Of a stretch of 64,000 bases of DNA, positions 8,789 to 16,158 are shown piece after piece; the stretch's first letter is position 1, and each line of letters starts with the position of its first letter. A model generated the notes under the pieces. It saw only the letters and a list, made by a program, of their open reading frames with translations, was not told the origin of the DNA and searched no databases. A program made the translations under genes and the position numbers. Source of the DNA: Candidatus Bathyarchaeota archaeon (GTDB lineage Archaea; Thermoproteota; Bathyarchaeia; Bathyarchaeales; Bathycorpusculaceae); the NCBI GenBank assembly GCA_963832745.1, contig CAWHVC010000004.1, positions 192,001 to 256,000 of the forward strand, in the 5' to 3' direction.

Positions 8789-10681
8789 ATGGAGTATGAA
8801 ATCTTTCTGCTTCTTGCAGCCATCTTGCTAATCTTCTTAGATATAGCAGTTTTTTCAAGAACTAAATTTTCTTCTAACCGCTTAAATTATGCGGGCTTTA
8901 TAGCGGCTGCATTTGCTTTCTTGTTGATATTAAGCTCTTACCTGTTGCTTTTGATTGCTTTTGTGAATAACGACTTTTCATTTGTCGGCGTCTACTCTTT
9001 TAGCTCATCAAACTTGTCCCTGTTATCAAAAATTTACGCCAGCTGGGCAGGCGCAGGTGGTTCAATGCTTTTACTAACCATAATTTTAAGCACGTTCTAT
9101 TTTGGGCTCAAAATTGCATCCTTAAAGAACACAGAGAAATTTAAAACACTAACTTGTCAGGTAATGGGTTTTGTTGTTATTGTCTTTACATTGGTATGTT
9201 TACTGAGAAACCCCTTTGAACGACTTCCAGTAGCCGCTGTTGAAGGTTTTGGGCTTAACCCTCAACTGCAGAGTGTATGGATGGCTATTCATCCTCCAAT
9301 TGTCTTTTCAGCTTACGCTTTTGTTGTACTTGCGTTTGCTTTGACAATTGCAAGTTTAAAAACCAACAAAGACATTGATACTTCAAAACTTTTCAAAGTA
9401 TCAACTTATGCTTCTTGGATGCTGCTTACTGTTGGAATAGCTTTAGGCGGTGTTTGGGCGTATGAAGTTTTAGGTTGGGGTGGATATTGGGCTTGGGATC
9501 CAGTAGAAACAGCATCACTATTACCCTGGCTTATTTTAACAGGTTACTTTATTGTAAAATCTATTACAAAAAATCTAAGTCTTACTCGGGAAACACTGAT
9601 TATGCTTACCTTTGCCAGTCTTGTTTTCCTAAGTGCCCTAACCCGTGGAGGGTTAACTCAATCTGTTCACTCGTATGCTGCCTCAGCAATTGGTCCAATA
9701 ATGCTACTGTTTGCTGTAGGTATGATGGGTTACTTTTTTTACTTGGCAAAAAGCAAAAGGAAAAGTTTCTTCAAATTAACGGTTGACAGGAAATCTTTGA
9801 CTTCCCGGTCATCTTTTGTTGGGTTTTGGGCGTTGATTTTTATTTCAATTGTGTGCTTGGTTGGGTTAGCTGTTCCGGATTTTGCTTACAGTTACTGGAC
9901 TTATCCATTTGTCTTGTTGTTTGTTATATCGTTGGTTGGTTTCAGTCTTAACGATAAAATGCATTATGCACGCCAATTCATAATCGTAACCGTAGGGTTG
10001 GTTGCTGGAGTTATTTTTACCTTGTTGGGTTTTGCTTCAGTAAATGTGCTTGTCACTTTAACTGTTCCTTTAATGGTTATAACCTTAGGTGCATTGTTCT
10101 ACAAGCTCGCAACTTCGATAAGGCGACGAACTCTTCTTTGGCAATACCTTTTCGGTATAGCAGTTGTCGTGCTGCTTTTAGGCGTATTTGTAAGTTCAGG
10201 AGCCAAAACTTCTACAACACTTCAAAATGTTAACGTTAACTCTCCAGTACATGCTTCGGACTTAACGGTAACTTTAAGCGATTTGCATGTAAGCAACAGC
10301 ACCACAAGGGTTTACAATACTCAAGTCGAAGGCGTTTTTCCTGAATATTCAATTGTTACTGCAGATGTTTCTGTTCAGGGCTCTGGTTTAAATTATAACG
10401 GTAACTTGCAAGCGGCTTTCTATCCGAATTATGGATTAGTAATTAACCCCCTAATTATCTCCACAATCACAGGTGACATTTACATTCATTTTGAATACAC
10501 TGATTCACTTTACAACTCTTTAACTCAGAATTTGATTGGACAAAGTGTACTTCCCGACAATTTAGCATTAACTATCCAAAATAATCCATTGATTTACTTG
10601 GTTTGGGCAGGTGTGATTCTCATGTTGTTGGCATTGACTGCTGAGTTTATACTTGGAAATAAACAAACAATTAGCCTTTAA
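8789..10681 (+). CDS. ccmF: Cytochrome c maturation haem lyase, CcmF family
   Basis: GLNPQLQ, IHPP, WWD motif WAYEVLGWGGYWAWDPVET, SVHSY; many TMs. Confidence 0.88.
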   Translation: MEYEIFLLLAAILLIFLDIAVFSRTKFSSNRLNYAGFIAAAFAFLLILSSYLLLLIAFVNNDFSFVGVYSFSSSNLSLLSKIYASWAGAGGSMLLLTIILSTFYFGLKIASLKNTEKFKTLTCQVMGFVVIVFTLVCLLRNPFERLPVAAVEGFGLNPQLQSVWMAIHPPIVFSAYAFVVLAFALTIASLKTNKDIDTSKLFKVSTYASWMLLTVGIALGGVWAYEVLGWGGYWAWDPVETASLLPWLILTGYFIVKSITKNLSLTRETLIMLTFASLVFLSALTRGGLTQSVHSYAASAIGPIMLLFAVGMMGYFFYLAKSKRKSFFKLTVDRKSLTSRSSFVGFWALIFISIVCLVGLAVPDFAYSYWTYPFVLLFVISLVGFSLNDKMHYARQFIIVTVGLVAGVIFTLLGFASVNVLVTLTVPLMVITLGALFYKLATSIRRRTLLWQYLFGIAVVVLLLGVFVSSGAKTSTTLQNVNVNSPVHASDLTVTLSDLHVSNSTTRVYNTQVEGVFPEYSIVTADVSVQGSGLNYNGNLQAAFYPNYGLVINPLIISTITGDIYIHFEYTDSLYNSLTQNLIGQSVLPDNLALTIQNNPLIYLVWAGVILMLLALTAEFILGNKQTISL

Positions 10682-10687
10682 TTTCTT

Positions 10688-11134
10688 TTAACCAAAGCTT
10701 AAGTGAAGCGCATAATACAGCAGCCCAAGTCCTAGAGATAACAACCAGATTGCCAATATTTTCCACATTAGCTTTTTTCTTGGAGCACAAAATTGTGTAC
10801 TGCTTGATTCATTTATTGCCCAAACCCAAACAAGCCATACGCCCAAAATTAATCCGACAGCTCCAATTACTCCATGAATTACGCCCATAGCAGCGACTAT
10901 ATTGAATGCGTTAAATGTTTCTGCGAAAGCAGAAACAAATGATGGCCCCATGTGCGAAAGTAACAGTAAAGCTGTGATTATCATAACAATAATCATTGAG
11001 TTGCCATGCCATACCGGTTTCCGTTTTTTTAATAGGTACAAGCTTAACCCTATCAAAGCTAAAGCAACAAGAAAGATGACAACGTTTGTTTCTGCCATCC
11101 ATTCGTGAACTACTTCAAATGAAACCATAAGCAA
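10688..11134 (-). CDS. DUF420-like 4-TM membrane protein (oxidase-associated)
   Basis: KKRKPVWHGNSM, HGVIG and IWLLSLGLGLLYY patterns; divergent from ccoN. Confidence 0.6.
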   Translation of the reverse strand: MLMVSFEVVHEWMAETNVVIFLVALALIGLSLYLLKKRKPVWHGNSMIIVMIITALLLLSHMGPSFVSAFAETFNAFNIVAAMGVIHGVIGAVGLILGVWLVWVWAINESSSTQFCAPRKKLMWKILAIWLLSLGLGLLYYALHLSFG

Positions 11135-11213
11135 CCCCTTTCTGCTGCTTTACCTTGTTAAATCCAGTTAATTTACTTTAAATTAGTCTTTGGCAATAGG
11201 TGCATTACTGAAA

Positions 11214-11224
11214 AGTTTTTTATA
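11214..11224 (+). promoter_or_regulatory. Probable TATA box of the cco operon
   Basis: AAAAGTTTTTTATAG about 45 nt upstream of the ccoN ATG. Confidence 0.4.
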
Positions 11225-11266
11225 GTAAGTTAGCGTTTGGTAATTAAATCTATTTTGTGGTAAGTT

Positions 11267-12697
11267 ATGTCTCAACCCCAAGACGCTAATGTAGTGGTTC
11301 CTGAAAAAATCGATTACAAAACTTCAGATTCAGTATCTAAATACTGGCTGTACTCTGCTATACTATGGTTTCCAATTTTTGCCACTTTTGGCTTCATAAT
11401 GGCAATCAAATTTTTTTATCCTACATTTCTAATCGATTCAGCTTTTGATACATTTGGAAGAATCCGGCCAGCACACGTTAACGGGTTGCTTTTTGGCTTT
11501 TTATCTTCAGGCCTTATCGGCGCCATGTATTACGTTGTTCCCCGATTAAGCCACGTATCTCTGTATAAGCCACAGATTGGAAAAATATCTGCTGTATTGT
11601 GGAATGTTGCGGTTTTAACTGGTGTGCTTCTCATTATGGGTGGGGATACTCAGGCTAGAGAATACGCCGAGATGCCTTGGATAATTGATGTTCTTGTAGT
11701 CATTACATTAATTCTAATAGGAATCACAATAATTGGAACAATACTGAAACGGAAAGAACGTAAACTTTATGTGAGTTTATGGTTTTTCGCGGCTATTTTC
11801 CTTTGGTTCCCCATAGTCTATTTCATAGGAAACGTAATGTGGAATCCTCCAACAGGTGCACTTTATGGCTTAACAGACGCCATCGTCAACTGGTTCTACG
11901 GACACAACGTGTTAGGCTTATGGTTTACTCCTTTCGGGTTAGCTTTATGGTATTACTTTATACCTAAACTTACTAAAAGAGCATTATACAGCGTAACATT
12001 ATCGTTGATTAGCTTCTTTGCATTAGCGTTTTTCTACACTGGAGTTGGCGGTCATCACTTGCTTCAATCCTCAATTCCTGAATGGCTAAAAACAATCGCT
12101 GTTGCAACAAGCGGTCTTATGATGCTTTCAGTTCTAACTTTCGCCACTAACATAGGCATGACAATGCGTGGCGCTTGGCATTCATTTTTAAGCAATGTAC
12201 CTTTAAGGTTCATTCTTTTCGGTTTTATCTGCTACATATTTGTCTCTATTCAAGGAACCTTTCAAGCACTTCGCGATATGAACCTCTACTTGCATTACTC
12301 TCAATGGACTGTAATGCATTCACATTTGGCATTATACGCATCATTCGGTATTACCATAATGGGCATAATGTTCTACGTTATCCCAAAAATTTCCGGAAAA
12401 CAGCTTTACAGCAAAAAATTGATGGATGTAACTTGGTGGGTTTCACTGCTTGGTTTTGTAATTTTCATGATGGGCATGTTACTGGCTGGATTAGTAGCTA
12501 ACGCAGGTTGGTTTACAAGTCAAACAATAGCGCAAGTTTTGCCACTGCTCCCTCCTTACTTTATTATACGAGCAATAGGCGGCGGAATAGTTGTTGTATC
12601 TGCTTTCCTGTTCGCTATTAACATTATAATGACAATTTTGTCCAAACCAACAGGTGAAGAGTTGACTAAACAAACAATGGTGGTGCAGCAGGCATGA
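11267..12697 (+). CDS. ccoN: cbb3-type (C-family) haem-copper oxidase subunit I
   Basis: FGRIRPAHVN, REYAEMPW, NWFYGHNVLGLWFTP, helix-VII FY..GGHHL, WTVMHSH: six His ligands plus the C-family Tyr. Confidence 0.9.
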   Translation: MSQPQDANVVVPEKIDYKTSDSVSKYWLYSAILWFPIFATFGFIMAIKFFYPTFLIDSAFDTFGRIRPAHVNGLLFGFLSSGLIGAMYYVVPRLSHVSLYKPQIGKISAVLWNVAVLTGVLLIMGGDTQAREYAEMPWIIDVLVVITLILIGITIIGTILKRKERKLYVSLWFFAAIFLWFPIVYFIGNVMWNPPTGALYGLTDAIVNWFYGHNVLGLWFTPFGLALWYYFIPKLTKRALYSVTLSLISFFALAFFYTGVGGHHLLQSSIPEWLKTIAVATSGLMMLSVLTFATNIGMTMRGAWHSFLSNVPLRFILFGFICYIFVSIQGTFQALRDMNLYLHYSQWTVMHSHLALYASFGITIMGIMFYVIPKISGKQLYSKKLMDVTWWVSLLGFVIFMMGMLLAGLVANAGWFTSQTIAQVLPLLPPYFIIRAIGGGIVVVSAFLFAINIIMTILSKPTGEELTKQTMVVQQA

Positions 12698-14280
12698 ATG
12701 GCTTCGAGAAAAAACTAGAAAAGAACTTTGAAAGAATAGAAAATGCTGTAACTAATCAAACAAAACATCGTAAAAAACTAAGCTTCAAAAATCTTTTCCC
12801 GTTAGTAGCTGGTGGGGTGGCTGTCTTCCTGCTTATGGTCAGCATGGTTGTAGTTGCTCCTTACATGTTCCTCTTAGATGTCCCCCCAACCGACACTGCA
12901 CACGTTTACACCACGCAAGAAGCTGAAGGCAGAAGCCTTTACATGAGTTTAGGTTGCTTCTACTGCCATTCTCAACAAGTTCGAGCCTCTGACTGGGGAC
13001 TAGGCAATGTTTCTCAAGAAGGCGACTACGTGTATGACAGCCCGAACTCTTTAGGAACAGAAAGAACTGGTCCTGACCTTGCTCAAATAGGCGGTATGCG
13101 TCCAACTGCTTGGCATCAAATGCATTATAGAGATCCAAGAAGCGTATCTCCCGGTTCAATAATGCCCAACTTTGAATTCCTAACAGACCAACAAATCGAT
13201 TCCTTAATCACCTACATACAGAACCTCGGTCAAGAAAACCTACAAGTTCAACAATCAATAACTAACGGCTCCGCCTATCACCCGGTAGTTCCTGAAGAAT
13301 ACATAAACGCAACCAACCAGTTTGAACCAATGTATCTAACCGTTTTATCACAATATGATGCAACAAATGATGTTTACAATGGCAATGCCTCACTTGCAGA
13401 TCAATGGGCTGCGATTTATGACGTTGCCAAAGCCGATTACACCCAACGATGCTTACCTTGCCATGGCTGCTCTGGAAATGCTCAGGGCCCATACGCTCGG
13501 CATGTGGTAACTCAACCCGCTAACCTGCATGAAAGAATCGCTACTTTTCCAGGTGATAACTATCATATCTGGCGAGTGAGTGAAGGTGTGCCTGGAACTG
13601 CAATGCCTGCATGGAAGCTTTCTCTAAACAGCACCGAGATTCAGTTAATCGCAATTTACGAAATGAGCTTTGTTTTTGGTTCAGCAAGAACTTTTCCAGG
13701 AAGCACCTCAGACGATGAAGGCGACAATTACGCATTGACTGTTTTGAATACGCCGCCAATAAGCGGTACTCAGCAAGATTTCCAGTCAGGACAAGACATT
13801 TTTAATTTATACTGCGCTCAATGTCACGGTTCAGATGGTCAAGGTGACGGTCCAGCATCCATCAATGTTCCTGGCGGATATATCAGCCCTGCTCCAGCCA
13901 ACTTTACAGAGTCAGGAAGCGACTTCCAATATTATGGCAGATACGTCTGGAAAGTAAAAGAAGGAGTAGAAACGACCAACATGCCACCATGGAAATACGC
14001 CTTATCAGACAACGAAATCTACCAAGCAGTCTTATACGTTCAAAGCTTTTCAACAGCACAAGATTACAATTCAAAATGGGCACCACAATACACAGACCCC
14101 TATGCAAGAAACCTCAAGATTAACGCTGCATCAAGTAGCTTCACAAGTATAGAAACTAACCCTGTTGCCGTAATAGCGGTATTGTCCGCTGCTGTGCTTT
14201 GGAATCTGCAGGTAAATCGCCAAATTTTACGAACCAAAAATTTAACCTGTTTTTTACGTTTTAGGAGGAACCTGAAGTGA
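12694..14280 (+). CDS. ccoO: CcoO subunit fused to two further c-type cytochrome domains (trihaem CcoO/P-like)
   Basis: GCFYCHSQQVR, GTERTGPDLA and PGSIMP (CcoO); extra CLPCH..TAMP and CAQCH..TNMP; N- and C-terminal TM segments; ATGA overlap with ccoN. Confidence 0.88.
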   Translation: MNGFEKKLEKNFERIENAVTNQTKHRKKLSFKNLFPLVAGGVAVFLLMVSMVVVAPYMFLLDVPPTDTAHVYTTQEAEGRSLYMSLGCFYCHSQQVRASDWGLGNVSQEGDYVYDSPNSLGTERTGPDLAQIGGMRPTAWHQMHYRDPRSVSPGSIMPNFEFLTDQQIDSLITYIQNLGQENLQVQQSITNGSAYHPVVPEEYINATNQFEPMYLTVLSQYDATNDVYNGNASLADQWAAIYDVAKADYTQRCLPCHGCSGNAQGPYARHVVTQPANLHERIATFPGDNYHIWRVSEGVPGTAMPAWKLSLNSTEIQLIAIYEMSFVFGSARTFPGSTSDDEGDNYALTVLNTPPISGTQQDFQSGQDIFNLYCAQCHGSDGQGDGPASINVPGGYISPAPANFTESGSDFQYYGRYVWKVKEGVETTNMPPWKYALSDNEIYQAVLYVQSFSTAQDYNSKWAPQYTDPYARNLKINAASSSFTSIETNPVAVIAVLSAAVLWNLQVNRQILRTKNLTCFLRFRRNLK

Positions 14281-14429
14281 ATATTGACATGTTGATATAT
14301 ACTATAGGCGCTTTTCTCATTACTCTAATAACGGCTGGTTTTGTAGTTTGGGCTTTCAAGACTAAACAGTTTGAAGCCAACGACTTTTTACGTTACATGC
14401 CACTTGAGGAGGACGCAGACGAAGAATGA
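14277..14429 (+). CDS. ccoS: CcoS/FixS-like cbb3 assembly peptide (50 aa, absent from the ORF track)
   Basis: MNIDMLIYTIGAFLITLITAGFVVWAFKTKQFEANDFLRYMPLEEDADEE; single TM then WAxxxxQF(D/E); AGGAGG SD; GTGA and ATGA overlaps on both sides. Confidence 0.72.
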   Translation: MNIDMLIYTIGAFLITLITAGFVVWAFKTKQFEANDFLRYMPLEEDADEE

Positions 14430-14716
14430 CGTGGCCATTTTACTTAACTGCATATATTGTCTATCTTGATCCAACTTACGTTTACTTTACGTTATTCTTA
14501 ATTGCAGCAGTTTCAATTGTCATCTACTTAGTTGTCAGAAGTTCGAACGATTTCTCAGTTGAAGAGACCGAAAAAAACTCTGAAGATTTTGCCGGAGAAG
14601 TTCGTGACTCAAACGGTCCAGTGACCAAATGGCTCTGGGTAGTTTATGCTGGATTAATAATTTGGGCATTAGCTTATTTGGTTCAGCATTGGAGCGAATT
14701 TGCGGTTTTCCCATAA
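14426..14716 (+). CDS. Stand-alone CcoP N-terminal-like membrane protein (no haem)
   Basis: EDFAGEVRDSNGPVTKWLWVVYAGLIIWALAYL resembles the CcoP N-terminal DGIxExxNPxPxWW helix; last gene of the cco operon. Confidence 0.55.
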   Translation: MTWPFYLTAYIVYLDPTYVYFTLFLIAAVSIVIYLVVRSSNDFSVEETEKNSEDFAGEVRDSNGPVTKWLWVVYAGLIIWALAYLVQHWSEFAVFP

Positions 14717-14808
14717 AATCTATTTTTTCAATTTCTACCTGCGCGCTTTTTTTGATTTCAGAAAACTAATAAATTGGTTTGTTACGTTACTTTCAATGGT
14801 GTCCTTGT

Positions 14809-16104
14809 TTGGTTACTGAAAAAGTTACTCGATTTTACGGCTGCCAATTAACCACTACTCATTCAGCAAAACAACATAAACTAAGCAAACTAATCGCTTG
14901 GCTTTCTGATAAAGAAGCGCCAGACCGAGAATTTATTTCTCTTTACATTCCCCCGCATATTTCAATAGAGCAAGTGGTAGCAAACATCAAAAAAGAAGCA
15001 GAATCAGCAGTTCTTGACTCAAAAAACGCTACTGACCGCCTACAAACCGCAGTAAAAAACATGCTCCAACATGTCAAAGCAAAAACTGAGTTGCCGGAAA
15101 ACGGCTTAGCCATTTTTGCAGGAACTTTCCTTGGGAATAACCAAGATAAGCCTGTTTTAAACGTGGAAGAACTTGTTCCACCTCAACCGATTGCGACGTA
15201 TCTTTGTAAGGCCGATAACCAGTTCGAGTTAGAACCACTGAGGCAAATGTTAAGAGATGAACGTATTATTGGTTTGATTTCGTTGGATTCTAAACAGGCA
15301 AGTTTTGGGTTGGTTGTAGGTGAACGTTTTGAGCCTCTGAAAAGCATTTCTTCGGGGGTTATGGGAAAAACTGGTAAGGGTGGCCAAAGCCAGAGACGCT
15401 ATGAAAGGGAACGTGACATGTCTATCGGTTTCTTTTTTCGCCGAATCGCAGAGCACGCGACAAAAGAGTTTCTTGAAAACCGCAGCATTACCTTGCTAAT
15501 AATCGGCGGGCCTGGACAAACAAAAAATGATTTTCTAAAAGGTGATTACCTAAATTACATGTTAAAAGATGCTCTTTTTGGCATGTTTGACGTTCAATCA
15601 GCAGGTCCAGAGGGCGTCAGGGAAATTTTTGAAAAATCATCTGATAGCCTAAAAAATGTTTGTTTGCCGGTTGAGCGGAAAGTTATGCAGCGGTTACAGA
15701 TTGAACTTAACAAGGATGCAGGGTTAGCCATAACCGGTTTAGACCCAGTGCTTGAAGGCTTAAAAACTGGCGAAGTTGAAGTGGCACTTGTCACGGACTC
15801 AACTGATCTGATACAAGCAGATGCTACATGCAAAAAATGTGGTTTAACAAAAAATGAACTGCTGCATAAGTCATACATTCAGGGTCTGCAGGAGTTCCTT
15901 TCAACGCCCTGTACCCGTTGCAACGCAGTGGATTTCGAGTTGGCTGAAAAAGACATCATCGACGTCTTAGAAGACTTGGCTGCACAAACAAAGGCAAGCG
16001 TTGAAGTGATATTTACAGGGTCAGACGAAAAGGCGCAGCTTACTACTCTGGGCGGATTTGCAGCTTTACTAAGATATCGCTCTAACAATGAGGGCCTAGC
16101 CTGA
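14809..16104 (+). CDS. Archaeal release factor aRF1 paralog (start uncertain)
   Basis: FISLYIPP, ENGLAIFAG, KGGQSQRRYER, GGPG.TK, Zn-ribbon CKKC..CTRC, LGGFAALLRY. Confidence 0.85.
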   Translation: MVTEKVTRFYGCQLTTTHSAKQHKLSKLIAWLSDKEAPDREFISLYIPPHISIEQVVANIKKEAESAVLDSKNATDRLQTAVKNMLQHVKAKTELPENGLAIFAGTFLGNNQDKPVLNVEELVPPQPIATYLCKADNQFELEPLRQMLRDERIIGLISLDSKQASFGLVVGERFEPLKSISSGVMGKTGKGGQSQRRYERERDMSIGFFFRRIAEHATKEFLENRSITLLIIGGPGQTKNDFLKGDYLNYMLKDALFGMFDVQSAGPEGVREIFEKSSDSLKNVCLPVERKVMQRLQIELNKDAGLAITGLDPVLEGLKTGEVEVALVTDSTDLIQADATCKKCGLTKNELLHKSYIQGLQEFLSTPCTRCNAVDFELAEKDIIDVLEDLAAQTKASVEVIFTGSDEKAQLTTLGGFAALLRYRSNNEGLA

Positions 16105-16158
16105 AAAGCGTTAAACAAAAAAAATAAAAGGGGATTATTTGGGGCCTATTTTTTTATT

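Noticed and set aside
2312-14716. tRNA-Cys as the integration site of a genomic island holding the Rsb and cco genes
   Set aside because: No integrase, and I found no duplicated tRNA 3' end (att site) in the window; the island boundaries are unsupported.
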